Part shown: one piece after another, positions 7,408-16,556 of the stretch | Layout of the letters: each line of letters begins with the position of its first letter | Position numbering within the stretch: the first letter of the stretch is position 1 | Assembly: GCA_029259185.1 (NCBI GenBank) | Contig: JAPDJF010000018.1 | Span: forward strand, 1-20,931 | Length of the DNA stretch: 20,931 nucleotides | Source of the DNA: Hadesarchaea archaeon | Lineage (GTDB): Archaea > Hadarchaeota > Hadarchaeia > Hadarchaeales > WYZ-LMO6 | Direction of reading: 5' to 3' | Translations under genes and position numbers: made by a program | Notes under the pieces: model-generated | What the model was told of the DNA's origin: nothing | Seen by the model: the letters and a program-made list of their open reading frames with translations, nothing else | Database searches by the model: none

Positions 7408-7802
7408 CTATAGCTCTTCTGAAATTTGGCCCTAGCCCCGGGCCCCCCTGGTTTCTTGGGTTCTTTGAATCTCGTATCGCTTTTGATTAGGGCCCAGTCG
7501 TATTGTCTGAACGTTTCCCTCAGTTGTGGATCTTGGGACCATTCTATCAAGCCCCTAGCTATAGCGGTTCTTACGGCATCTGCTTGTCCCATTACCCCTC
7601 CCCCCTTGACTTTGACTCTTATGTCAACTCTCTTCGCCATGTCCGGTGCGAGGGCGAGGGGTTCCATTATCCTGAGCTTGGCGAGTTCCGGTTGGTATAT
7701 CTCGATCGGTATCCCGTTGATGTACACCTTCCCGCTTCCTTCCCTTATCACCGCACGGGCCAACGCGGACTTCTTCCTCCCACTAACTTGGACTGTCTTC
7801 AT
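7404..7802 (-). CDS. rps9: 30S ribosomal protein uS9
   Basis: GRKKSALARA, GGGVMGQADA, C-terminal GARAKFQKSYR. Confidence 0.98.
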   Translation of the reverse strand: MKTVQVSGRKKSALARAVIREGSGKVYINGIPIEIYQPELAKLRIMEPLALAPDMAKRVDIRVKVKGGGVMGQADAVRTAIARGLIEWSQDPQLRETFRQYDWALIKSDTRFKEPKKPGGPGARAKFQKSYR

Positions 7803-8240
7803 TCAGAACCTCGCCCCCAGGTGTCTACTTAATTCTCCGACTTTAATAAAACGTCTTGTGCCCAACTTCTCGGCATCCGCCTGGGGGATCCTCTTTACCT
7901 CTTTTCCATCCAGCTCAGGAGGAATGCCTACGTACACCCTCAACCTGCGATAAGCCTTCCTTCCCTTATCCTTGTCTATGGGGAGCATACCCCTTATCAC
8001 CCTCCTCACGAGATCATCCGGACGTCTGAAGTGAAAAGGTCCCTTTCGGGGATTGGCGATGTTTCTAGTCTCGAACCAAGCGTCGTACATGTCGAATATC
8101 CGCTTTCGTTTCCCCGAGATCAGGATCTCTTCTGCGTTCACTATCGCTACACGCTCCCCTTCGAGTAAACGCTTGGAGACAACGCTTGCGAGTCTTCCGA
8201 GCACATGGTTTTTACCATCGATGATCAGCATCACGGTCAC
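7803..8240 (-). CDS. rpl13: 50S ribosomal protein uL13
   Basis: IIDG...LGRLAS, IVNAE, GPFHFRRP, RGMLP, VYVGIP. Confidence 0.98.
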   Translation of the reverse strand: MTVMLIIDGKNHVLGRLASVVSKRLLEGERVAIVNAEEILISGKRKRIFDMYDAWFETRNIANPRKGPFHFRRPDDLVRRVIRGMLPIDKDKGRKAYRRLRVYVGIPPELDGKEVKRIPQADAEKLGTRRFIKVGELSRHLGARF

Positions 8241-8608
8241 TCCATTATCCTGAGGTTTTTTCCTCCGGGGTTCCGTTCGAGCAGCTGTTGGATACTCATG
8301 GCTTCCCCTCCCGCGCTCAATATCTTTTTGCGTGCTGATTGGGAGAATTTGAAGGCCGCGATTTTAATAGACTTGGTCAGTTTTCCAGCCGCTAGCACTT
8401 TTCCGGGTACCACTATCGTCTCTCCGTTTTCAGAATACCTGTTCAAGTGGCTGAGGTTAACTTCGGCCCTCCTTCTCCGTGGTTTGGAGAGCCTCTCCGC
8501 TAAATCGATCCATACCCTCACATTCTTTTTCTTTCCCTCCTCACGCAGCTTACGGATGAGCCTCCGCAGCGTTGGGTTTGTTGGACCCGTTGGACGCATC
8601 TCTGACAC
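8237..8608 (-). CDS. rpl18e: 50S ribosomal protein eL18
   Basis: TNPTLRRLI, AEVNLS, VVPGKVL, FSQSA. Confidence 0.97.
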   Translation of the reverse strand: MSEMRPTGPTNPTLRRLIRKLREEGKKKNVRVWIDLAERLSKPRRRRAEVNLSHLNRYSENGETIVVPGKVLAAGKLTKSIKIAAFKFSQSARKKILSAGGEAMSIQQLLERNPGGKNLRIME

Positions 8609-8632
8609 CCGCTAAACAACTCCCGAACCTGC

Positions 8633-8647
8633 AATTAAATCTTTACC
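8633..8647 (-). promoter_or_regulatory. BRE/TATA promoter of the rpl18e operon
   Basis: Minus strand GGTAAAGATTTAATT, about 25 nt upstream of the rpl18e start. Confidence 0.55.
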
Positions 8648-8659
8648 CCGGTTTCCGTG

Positions 8660-8811
8660 GCTGGGCTTTGCGCGAAAATAGCCCCTGAGGCCAATCCCCG
8701 TGCTTGGGGTTCGGGGTCCCCCTCAAGGGCCGAAAGCCATCCTCGTCTTGGAGGCCAACTAACCACGATCTTTTGGATCCATTTGCTTTTGCGGTATTTT
8801 TGTGCGAGGCG
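8660..8811. repeat. MITE-like dispersed repeat, copy 1, with imperfect terminal inverted repeats
   Basis: Left end GCTGGGCTTTGCGCGAAAATAGC, right end GGTATTTTTGTGCGAGGCG. Positions 8735-8811 align at about 80% (hand count) with 20714-20794. Confidence 0.65.
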
Positions 8812-8889
8812 TAAAGGTTCGAAAGAGTTTTTTAGTGAGCGGATAAATAGAGTTCGGCTGGCGGGGTGAAGGGTTAGGGTAGGTGAAAG

Positions 8890-11124
8890 TTGCCGTACGC
8901 CAGCAAAATAGAACTGCGGGGTTTCAAGTCCTTTAGGGATAAGACTGAGATCCCCCTCTCCCGGGGTTTGACGGTCATAGGGGGCCCCAACGGGTCGGGG
9001 AAGAGCAATATCGTGGATGCTCTCTGTTTCGTCCTCGGGTGGATGAGCGCAAAAACGATGCGCGCTGAGAGGTTCTCTGACCTCATATTCAAGGGAGGTG
9101 ACGGAAGGCGCTCACCCCGCTTCGCAGAAGTTTCGTTGTACTTCAATAACGAGGATGGTGGGATAGAGGTGGATTCCAAGACCGTAGTCATCACGAGAAC
9201 GGTTGACGAGGAGGGAAAGTCGGTTTATAGGTTGAACCGACGGCGCGTGAGCAGACAAGACATAGTGGATCTCCTAGGTAAGAGTCTCAGTCTAGGGGAG
9301 TACAACTTCATCCTTCAAGGAGATGTTGAGCACTTCGTGAGAATGGACTCGATCGACCGGAGGAAAATAATAGATGAACTCGCAGGGATAGCGGAGTACG
9401 ATGTGAAGAAGGAGAAGTCGATGTCGGAGCTCCAGAAGGTGGAAGCGAATCTCCGCTCCATGCAGGTCGTCTTGGAGGAAGTTCGGAGTCAGCTTGAGAA
9501 ATTGGAGGTCGAGAGGGAGAACGCGATCCGATACCGAGAGCTTAAAGATCGGCTAGGCGCTGCTAGGAGAGAGTTGCTCCGGGTGAGGTTTGAGAGGTGT
9601 GCGTCTGAGTTAGAGAGGGTGGAGGAGATGAAGGAGGAGCTCGAGAGGCGGATCGGGGAGGAGATGGAGACCCACCGGAGGCTTGTGGAAGAAGTCTCCT
9701 CGTTCGAGGAGAAGGAGAGACGGTTGAGCGATCTCATCGAGGAGAAGCAGAGTACCGAGACCATGGTCTCGGAGAGAATAAGGCAGAAGCTGGAGACACT
9801 CATTGAGCAGTTGAATTCGCTTGAGGGGGTCAAAGAAGAGCTTAGGGCGGAGATGCGAAGGGTGGAGGGGGAGTTCAAAAGATCGAGCACTTCGGTTCGA
9901 GATCTCATTTCAGAGTTTCAAGGAGCATGTGAGCGGTTCGTCGAGCTTAGCTCCAAGTTCCTCAGACGGAAGCACGAATCACTTGAGGAAGTCCGGGCGG
10001 ATCTAGAAAATTTGAGGAGAGCGGTTTGGGAGATGGAACTGAAAGTGGAGGAATTGAAAGAAAGGCTGGAAGTTTTCGAGATCTCGGAGAAGCTCCCTGC
10101 GGATCCTGCCACTTTGAGGGAGCGATTGATCCACCTTCGGGCTAGGCTCCTTCAGCTCGAGAGCAATGGGAGGGAACTCAGAGAGAGGATATGGCGCACG
10201 AAAGAGGAGCTTCGAAGGGTTTCTTCTAGAGAATCTGAGACGAGGGAAGCGATCAGCAAGATGCGGGAGGAAAGAGAGCGGGTCAGGGGGAAGATAGCTT
10301 CCGTCAAGAGGAGGGCCAACTCGATTGGGGAGAGACTTCGAACCATGGAATCCAAGCTGAGCGAGCTGAGGGTTGAGGAGGCGAAACTGCGGACCAAGTT
10401 AGAGGAGTTGAGAGAATCTCTAGGTGAAACCGGGTTCAAGCGAAGGGGTTCAGGGGAGAGCTTGGGAGAGAAAAAACTTTCCAAGCTGGTGGAGGAGATC
10501 GAGGATGAGCTTCGAGAATTGGAACCGGTGAACATGAGGGCCATCGAGGAATTCCGGAGGGTAGAGGAGAGATATCTCTCCCTCCGAGGCAGGTACGAGA
10601 AACTCCAGCGGGAGAGGGAGCATGTACTCGGTTTCATAGAGGAGATCGAGCGAAAGAAGAAGGATGCGTTCATGAGAACGTTCGAGGAAGTTTCGAGGAA
10701 CTTCGGGGAGATATTCAGGGAGCTCTCTCCCGGGGGGGAGGCTAGACTCGTCTTGGAGTGTGAGTCGAATCCTTTTGAGGGCGGAGTGGAGATAGAAGCC
10801 AGACCGGGAGGCAAGGAGATCCGAAGGGTGGAATCGATGTCAGGGGGGGAGAAGTCGCTCACCGCCCTCGCTTTCATACTGGCCCTTCAGAAGATGAGGT
10901 CAGCCTCGCTCTACGTTTTCGATGAGATAGATGCTCACTTAGACGATGAGAAGGTGCCCAGGGTTGCGAGGCTGATTAAGAAGTATTCTCAGAACTCCCA
11001 AGTGATTGTGGTTACCCTGAAGGACTCTATAATGAGCGTCGCCGATAGGCTCTTCGGGGTGACGATGAAGGACGGTGTTTCCGGGATAGTGTCTCTGGAG
11101 TTAGCGGAGTATGGGGGGGATTGA
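8890..11124 (+). CDS. smc: Smc-family ATPase, unusually short (744 aa), no recognisable hinge
   Basis: Walker A GPNGSGKS, MRAERFSDLIF, Q-loop FILQGDV, EPVNMRAIEE, signature MSGGEKS, Walker B/D-loop VFDEIDAHLD. AGGTGA RBS before the TTG start. Confidence 0.92.
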   Translation: MPYASKIELRGFKSFRDKTEIPLSRGLTVIGGPNGSGKSNIVDALCFVLGWMSAKTMRAERFSDLIFKGGDGRRSPRFAEVSLYFNNEDGGIEVDSKTVVITRTVDEEGKSVYRLNRRRVSRQDIVDLLGKSLSLGEYNFILQGDVEHFVRMDSIDRRKIIDELAGIAEYDVKKEKSMSELQKVEANLRSMQVVLEEVRSQLEKLEVERENAIRYRELKDRLGAARRELLRVRFERCASELERVEEMKEELERRIGEEMETHRRLVEEVSSFEEKERRLSDLIEEKQSTETMVSERIRQKLETLIEQLNSLEGVKEELRAEMRRVEGEFKRSSTSVRDLISEFQGACERFVELSSKFLRRKHESLEEVRADLENLRRAVWEMELKVEELKERLEVFEISEKLPADPATLRERLIHLRARLLQLESNGRELRERIWRTKEELRRVSSRESETREAISKMREERERVRGKIASVKRRANSIGERLRTMESKLSELRVEEAKLRTKLEELRESLGETGFKRRGSGESLGEKKLSKLVEEIEDELRELEPVNMRAIEEFRRVEERYLSLRGRYEKLQREREHVLGFIEEIERKKKDAFMRTFEEVSRNFGEIFRELSPGGEARLVLECESNPFEGGVEIEARPGGKEIRRVESMSGGEKSLTALAFILALQKMRSASLYVFDEIDAHLDDEKVPRVARLIKKYSQNSQVIVVTLKDSIMSVADRLFGVTMKDGVSGIVSLELAEYGGD

Positions 11125-11787
11125 GTGGAGATAGTGGTGGACGAGCCTTTTGAGATCCTCCTGCATCTAGTCCAAGAGCGAAAGTTGGATCCGTGGGAAG
11201 TGGACATAGGTAGGGTGATGGATGTTCTCTCGAAGCGCGTGTTTGAGGAGGGAGTAGACCTCAGGCTCTCGGGTAGGGCCGCTCTCTCCGCGTCCACCAT
11301 CCTCCGAATAAAATCGGAGAGGATGAACAACGGAAACGGACATGTGGGGGGGTTGGAGGACATCCAAGAACCCCCGGAGTTCGACATACCAGACATCGGT
11401 CCGCTGGTGCTTATCCAGCACGAGGGGAAGAAAATAACGCTGGCAGAGCTCTTGGGTGCGCTACGTGAGGCTTTGCGTGAAATCCCCACCCATGAGGTAT
11501 CGAGGAGGAGGAAGATCGAACGAATCGTCAAGAGGCTCGACGAATTTCGGGTGAGAATAGAGGAGCGCATGGAGGAGCTCTATTCCAAGATCCTCGCCCT
11601 CTCGGGAGGGGGGGAGGTTAAGTTTTCCGATTTGTTGGAGGAGCGGAACAGGATGTGCGCGGTCAGGACTCTGTTGCTTCTCCTCTTCCTCTCGGCGGGA
11701 GGGAAAGTAGAACTGGTGCAGGATAGACCCTTCGGGGAGATACGTGTTTTGCCGGTGAGGGAAAGAGATGGGGATGGAAAAAGATAA
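11125..11787 (+). CDS. scpA: Kleisin ScpA
   Basis: LDPWEVDI, AS-ILRIKSE, C-terminal LLFL...VELVQDRPFGEI; abuts smc. Confidence 0.92.
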   Translation: MEIVVDEPFEILLHLVQERKLDPWEVDIGRVMDVLSKRVFEEGVDLRLSGRAALSASTILRIKSERMNNGNGHVGGLEDIQEPPEFDIPDIGPLVLIQHEGKKITLAELLGALREALREIPTHEVSRRRKIERIVKRLDEFRVRIEERMEELYSKILALSGGGEVKFSDLLEERNRMCAVRTLLLLLFLSAGGKVELVQDRPFGEIRVLPVRERDGDGKR

Positions 11788-12301
11788 ATCGATCGTTCAT
11801 GCGGCGCTGTATGCGAGCGATCGCCCCTTGAGTATAGCTGAGCTCCGGAGGTTGCTGGGGACATCCTCAGAGACCTACGTGGTGAAGTTGTTGGAAGAGC
11901 TGAAGAGAGACCTCGGCTCGAGTTCCCCATTCGAACTCGTTAACACAGCCAAGGATGCTTTTATGATAAGGTTGAAAGATGAGTACATCCCCAAACTGAA
12001 GGGGTTTGTGAGGAGGGTCAAGCCTTCTAGGGGTGTACTTAAAACTTTGGCACTTATAGCGTACGAGCAACCGATCTATCAGACCAAGCTAGCCAAGCTC
12101 AGGGGAGGCCACGTGTACGAACACGTGAAGCAACTGATGACTTTGGGGTTCATCGAATCGAAGCAGGCCGGGCGGACGAAGATTCTCCGCACCTCCAAGA
12201 AGTTCGCCACCTACTTCGGACTTGAGGATGACATGGAGGCGATACAACAGAGACTCGGGGGAAGCGGCCTGAGGGTACTCAAAGACAACCCCAGAGGTTA
12301 G
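11768..12301 (+). CDS. scpB: Kite subunit ScpB
   Basis: [30 protein letters not shown]...[11 protein letters not shown]. Confidence 0.93.
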   Translation: MGMEKDKSIVHAALYASDRPLSIAELRRLLGTSSETYVVKLLEELKRDLGSSSPFELVNTAKDAFMIRLKDEYIPKLKGFVRRVKPSRGVLKTLALIAYEQPIYQTKLAKLRGGHVYEHVKQLMTLGFIESKQAGRTKILRTSKKFATYFGLEDDMEAIQQRLGGSGLRVLKDNPRG

Positions 12302-12332
12302 CCTTTTTAGTCCGGACGTGAAGGTATGTTGC

Positions 12333-12734
12333 ATGGCCAAGTGGCAGGGGAGATCTCTGAAGAAGCCCAGTGGCGGAAGGATATGGCCGAGGAGGGAGAA
12401 ACGGAGGAGGGAGCTCGGGAGCGAGTTCGTCCCCGTGACGGTTGGGGAAGAAAAGAGAGAAGTCCGGAAGACCAAGGGAGGGGACAAAAAACTCAGGCTA
12501 AGGAGGGCTGAGAGAGCGAACGTGCTGGATCCCCGAACCAAAGAGTTCCGAGTTGTTAAGATCCTCGGTGTGGTGGAGAACCCCGCGAACCCCCACTTCG
12601 TGAGGAGGAACATCTTGACCAAAGGTGCAGTGATCCAAACGGAGATCGGAAAGGCTAAGGTCACGAGCAGATTGGGCCAACATGGGGTGGTGAATGCCGT
12701 GCTCGTGGAGACCGGGGAAGGGAGCCTTAATTAA
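12333..12734 (+). CDS. rps8e: 30S ribosomal protein eS8
   Basis: [51 protein letters not shown] 12333 preferred over GTG 12318. Confidence 0.97.
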   Translation: MAKWQGRSLKKPSGGRIWPRREKRRRELGSEFVPVTVGEEKREVRKTKGGDKKLRLRRAERANVLDPRTKEFRVVKILGVVENPANPHFVRRNILTKGAVIQTEIGKAKVTSRLGQHGVVNAVLVETGEGSLN

Positions 12735-12747
12735 TTTTTAAACATTT

Positions 12748-12764
12748 CGAAATGCTTAAATATA
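12748..12764 (+). promoter_or_regulatory. BRE/TATA promoter of gar1-tfb
   Basis: CGAAATGC-TTAAATATA in an AT-rich gap upstream of gar1. Confidence 0.6.
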
Positions 12765-12801
12765 AGTAGTTGGAGGTCCATAAAAATATTTGGGGAGTGG
12801 G

Positions 12802-13041
12802 ATGTCTAAGGTCGGAAAAGTTTTGCACACGACTCCGAGGGGGATAATAGCAAGGCTCGATGCAGCCCCGAAGCTCGGGGAGGTCCTCTGGAGGAGCAAC
12901 AAGAGGCCGATTGGGAGGGTGTTAGACATCTTCGGTCCTGTGAGGCGACCCTACGTGCTCGTGCGGCCGGCGAAGGATCTAGGTGAGAAGGATCTAGTTT
13001 CCTTGAGTGGAGAGGAGGTATACCGGAGGGGAAAGTCGTGA
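12802..13041 (+). CDS. gar1: H/ACA RNP protein Gar1/Naf1
   Basis: [22 protein letters not shown]; conserved position upstream of tfb. Confidence 0.9.
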   Translation: MSKVGKVLHTTPRGIIARLDAAPKLGEVLWRSNKRPIGRVLDIFGPVRRPYVLVRPAKDLGEKDLVSLSGEEVYRRGKS

Positions 13042-14012
13042 AGTCGAGATCCATGGAAGAGATGGCTGGAAGGGAAGAGAGAGGTGAGGAAGAGACCAAG
13101 AGGAGAAATGCGTGTCCCGTTTGTGGGAAGAGTAGACTCGTTCGGGACTACGAGCACGGGGAGCTCGTGTGTGCTAGCTGTGGGTACGTGATAACCGAGC
13201 GCATAGTCGACTTGGGTCCGGAGTGGAGAGCGTTCGATCAGGAACAGCGGGACAAACGGGGGAGAGTCGGAGCGCCCATGACGTTCACCATTCACGACAA
13301 AGGCTTATCAACGATGATCGATTGGCGGGATCGCGACTCCTACGGGAAAGATTTGACCCCGAAGCGGAGAGCCCAGATCTACAGGCTACGCAAGTGGCAG
13401 CGGAGGATCAGGGTTTCCGATGCGATCGAGAGGAACTTAGCTTTCGCCCTGTCGGAGATAGATCGGATGGCATCCCATCTCAGCCTACCCCGGAATGTGC
13501 GTGAAACGGCCGCGGTAATTTATAGGCATGCGGTGGAGGAGAGGCTCATAAGAGGACGCTCCATAGAAGGGGTGGCTGGAGCGGCCCTCTACGCCGCCTG
13601 CAGGGAGTGTAAGGTCCCGCGCACGCTCGATGAAATAGCAGAGGTCTCCCGGGTAAGCAAAAAGGAGATAAGCCGGAGTTATCGCTTCATCGCTAGGGAA
13701 CTCCTGATCCATCTCCATCCCACCTCCCCAGCTGACTACGTCCCTAGGTTCGCGAGTGAGCTCGGTTTGAGTGGAGAGGTCCAGTCGAAGGCAATAGAGT
13801 TGCTGAAAGAAGCGATGAAAAAAGGCTTGACCTCGGGGCGCGGGCCGACAGGAGTAACGGCCGCGGCCATTTACATCGCGGCCTCCATGTGCGGTGAGAG
13901 ACGAACCCAGCGTGAGGTGGCGGACGTGGCGAGGGTCACGGAGGTCACCGTACGCAATCGCTATAAGGAGCTATGCGAGAAGCTCGGCCTAAATTGTGAG
14001 AAGCTCGGATAA
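13038..14012 (+). CDS. tfb: Transcription initiation factor B
   Basis: Zn ribbon CPVC...CASCG, GPEWRAF, HDKGLST, two cyclin repeats ([22 protein letters not shown]). True start may lie a few codons downstream. Confidence 0.98.
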   Translation: MKSRSMEEMAGREERGEEETKRRNACPVCGKSRLVRDYEHGELVCASCGYVITERIVDLGPEWRAFDQEQRDKRGRVGAPMTFTIHDKGLSTMIDWRDRDSYGKDLTPKRRAQIYRLRKWQRRIRVSDAIERNLAFALSEIDRMASHLSLPRNVRETAAVIYRHAVEERLIRGRSIEGVAGAALYAACRECKVPRTLDEIAEVSRVSKKEISRSYRFIARELLIHLHPTSPADYVPRFASELGLSGEVQSKAIELLKEAMKKGLTSGRGPTGVTAAAIYIAASMCGERRTQREVADVARVTEVTVRNRYKELCEKLGLNCEKLG

Positions 14013-14198
14013 CGGTTTCTAGGTTCTCACCTCGATAGGGGTAAGGCCCAGCTGGGGGGCGGATAGTTCATCCAACCGCTGGTGGATACAACTAAAGGTG
14101 AGGGTCCGTAGCTCAGGAACCGAGAAAAACCTCCCTCTAATTTTGCTGCTGGATTTCAGGACGGTTAGGTTAAAATACTCCGAAGAATTTGCGTAGAT

Positions 14199-15251
14199 GT
14201 GAGCCATCGAGATGTGAAGTTCGGAGTACACCTCCCGATTCCCTCCGTCCCGACCGACAAGCTGATCAAAGTGGCTCAGCTCAACGAGGAGGCGGGTTTC
14301 GATTCCGTGTGGGTCCCGGACCATATCCTCTTCATCCCGCCTGGAATAGTCCCGGAAGCGTGGAGTGTTTTGGCAGCGATCGCGGCGGTGACCAAGAGGG
14401 TAACCTTGGGTACGTGCGTGACAGATCCCCATCGATATCATCCGGCGGTGCTCGCCCAGAAGGTTGCCACCGTTGATCAACTCTCGGGTGGGAGAGCCAT
14501 TCTGGGGCTGGGCGCGGGGGAGAGCATGAATTTGGATCCGTTTGGGATAAAATGGGACAGACCCGTTTCGAGGCTCATCGAGGCGATTTCGATCGTGAGG
14601 AAGCTTTGGTCGGGTGAGATTTTTAGCTATGAAGGGAAGTTCTGGAATCTCAAGGATGCTTTTTTGCACATCCAGCCGGTTCGGAGGAATGTACCGATAT
14701 ATCTCGCGGCCAATGGTCCGCGCACGCTGAGGCTTACGGGGGAGATCGCCGATGGGTGGTTGCCAACCCCTTTGACCCCGGAGCTTTATGCCAAGCGATT
14801 AAGGCTCGTGAAGGAAGGAGCGACCAAGGCCGGGAGATCGATCGACGAAATAGATACTGGGATCTACCTCTACACTAGCATCGCTGACAGAGCGGAAGAG
14901 GCGTATGAAACACTTGAAAAATTCAAGCCGATGATAGCCCATCTCGAGCTCCTCCGAGAGGCTGGATACGAGGTGAAGATACCTTCCGCCCTCGAAAACC
15001 TGTCCTACTTCAAACTCCTCCCCACCGGGGATTTCCTGGACAGAATGTCGGAGTACGGGGACCTCATCCCGCTAGAGGCGGCCAGGGAGTTCTCGCTAGC
15101 GGGAACGAAGGAGGAGTGCATACAGAGGATAGAGGAGTACATCAAAGCTGGCGTGAGACACTTCGATCTCATAAACATCGGACCCGACCCGAAGAAAGTC
15201 ATGGATACGTACTCGAAGGAGATAATACCATGTTTCCGAGAGGATGGCTGA
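14199..15251 (+). CDS. LLM-class flavin/F420-dependent oxidoreductase (Mer-like)
   Basis: GFDSVWVPDH, HPAVLAQKVATVDQLSGGRAILGLGAG, PIYLAANGP, GEIADGW. Confidence 0.92.
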   Translation: MSHRDVKFGVHLPIPSVPTDKLIKVAQLNEEAGFDSVWVPDHILFIPPGIVPEAWSVLAAIAAVTKRVTLGTCVTDPHRYHPAVLAQKVATVDQLSGGRAILGLGAGESMNLDPFGIKWDRPVSRLIEAISIVRKLWSGEIFSYEGKFWNLKDAFLHIQPVRRNVPIYLAANGPRTLRLTGEIADGWLPTPLTPELYAKRLRLVKEGATKAGRSIDEIDTGIYLYTSIADRAEEAYETLEKFKPMIAHLELLREAGYEVKIPSALENLSYFKLLPTGDFLDRMSEYGDLIPLEAAREFSLAGTKEECIQRIEEYIKAGVRHFDLINIGPDPKKVMDTYSKEIIPCFREDG

Positions 15252-15338
15252 GTTCGCCATTTGGGTCAAATGTCCATGGGTCACTCCCCTTCCCCCTTAA
15301 ACTTAAATATTCGGAGTGGAATGGAAAAGGGTAAGAAA

Positions 15339-15701
15339 ATGGGAAGAGTTGCGGAAGGCTGGAAGACGTTCGTGGAACTTGCGAATAGCATCGAGGAAGC
15401 GAAGAAGTTGATGCAGGGATGGGATAAGGTAATCCAGTTCGTCGTGGATGGCGAGGACACTCCGGAGTTTTACATCGAAATAAAAGGAGGGCAGGCGACT
15501 TTTAACGTCGGTAAGCACGAGAAGCCCAACTTCACGATGAAGGGGGGCGAGGAGATCATGTGGAAACTGTTGACGAGAGAGGAGGATGCTACTAGGGCAT
15601 TCATGGCGAAGAAGTACACGATCGAAGGCTCGCTCGCGGATGCGATGAAATTTGGCAAGATAGGTCAAGAAGTCGGTAAGAAAGCACCGAAGTTCGAGTA
15701 G
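15339..15701 (+). CDS. SCP2 sterol/lipid-binding domain protein
   Basis: IQF...FYIEIKGG...PNFTM...DATRAFMAKKYTIEGSLADAMKF. TTAAATA at 15303-15309 supports ATG 15339. Confidence 0.85.
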   Translation: MGRVAEGWKTFVELANSIEEAKKLMQGWDKVIQFVVDGEDTPEFYIEIKGGQATFNVGKHEKPNFTMKGGEEIMWKLLTREEDATRAFMAKKYTIEGSLADAMKFGKIGQEVGKKAPKFE

Positions 15702-15726
15702 TTCTTAATCTTGGGCGAAGCGTGGA

Positions 15727-16515
15727 TCAATATTTTTTTTCTTCGGTTCCAGAACCCAATTTGCGGACCTCTTCCACGAGTTTGGGGAGTATCACTCCAG
15801 TTTTCCCCCTAAACACGTGGGATGCGAGGGTGTCCATATGGGTGCTCTCAGCGTTAACGATGATGAGTTCAGCCCCCGCCTCTCTGGCAACCATCGGAAT
15901 GAGGTTGGCGGGTGAAACTGCTAGAGAGCTACCGGCGACCAGCATGAGGTCACACCTCTTCGCGTGTTCAAATGCTGACTCGAGGGCTTCCTTGGGGAGT
16001 TGTTCCCCGAAGAACACCACGTTCGGCTTCAGTATCCCCCCGCACCGGTCACACCTCGGGGGTATCTCCCCTTTTTGCAGGGTTTTTTCGGCTAAAATCG
16101 CTATCGGAAAGACCGCATAGCACCCAAGACATTTGGCCTCCCGCAGGTTTCCGTGAAGTTCTATGACCTTCCTAGATCCGGCCGCTTGGTGGAGTCCGTC
16201 TATGTTTTGGGTTATGGTGGCTTTGAGAATCCCCATCTCCTCCAGCTCGGCTAAGGCCTTATGCCCCTGGTTGGGATCGGCGGTGAATACGGAGAGGAAC
16301 TCACCCGCTGCCTCATAAAATCTCGTCGGGTTTTCCATGAATGAGGATATCGTTCCAAACTCGTTGGGATCGTATCTGGACCAGATCCCCCCGGGGGACC
16401 TGAAGTCCGGAATTCCCGACTCCGTGCTGATTCCCGCCCCCGTGAGCGCGATCGCGTGTCGGGAGTCTATCAAGAGCCTAGCCGCGTCCTGGAGTTCTTT
16501 CTCTCCCATCTTCAT
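15727..16515 (-). CDS. cobB: NAD-dependent protein deacylase (sirtuin, Sir2 family)
   Basis: TGAGISTESGIPDFR, TQNIDGLH, ELHG, CxxC...CxxC, KPNVVFFGE, GSSL. Confidence 0.95.
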   Translation of the reverse strand: MKMGEKELQDAARLLIDSRHAIALTGAGISTESGIPDFRSPGGIWSRYDPNEFGTISSFMENPTRFYEAAGEFLSVFTADPNQGHKALAELEEMGILKATITQNIDGLHQAAGSRKVIELHGNLREAKCLGCYAVFPIAILAEKTLQKGEIPPRCDRCGGILKPNVVFFGEQLPKEALESAFEHAKRCDLMLVAGSSLAVSPANLIPMVAREAGAELIIVNAESTHMDTLASHVFRGKTGVILPKLVEEVRKLGSGTEEKKY

Positions 16516-16556
16516 TTTTTTTTGCGACGGATGGTTAATTACTTGTTGGGATTCGG

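Noticed and set aside
8654-8674. Left MITE end as a target of the right-edge TnpB guide
   Set aside because: The match is only to the guide's distal part; the first six (seed) positions mostly mismatch (TACCAA vs TCCGTG).
10152-11570. Long antisense ORFs (241 aa, 193 aa) opposite smc/scpA, and similar shadow ORFs elsewhere
   Set aside because: Ser/Leu-rich mirror translations of Glu/Arg-rich real genes, with no motifs.
8890-12301. Wadjet/MksBEF plasmid-defence SMC system
   Set aside because: Gene order and motifs are those of housekeeping Smc-ScpA-ScpB next to rps8e; no JetD/Toprim nuclease.
15727-16515. Sir2 as part of an anti-phage defence system
   Set aside because: Canonical zinc-binding deacylase with housekeeping neighbours; no HerA, pAgo or TIR partner.
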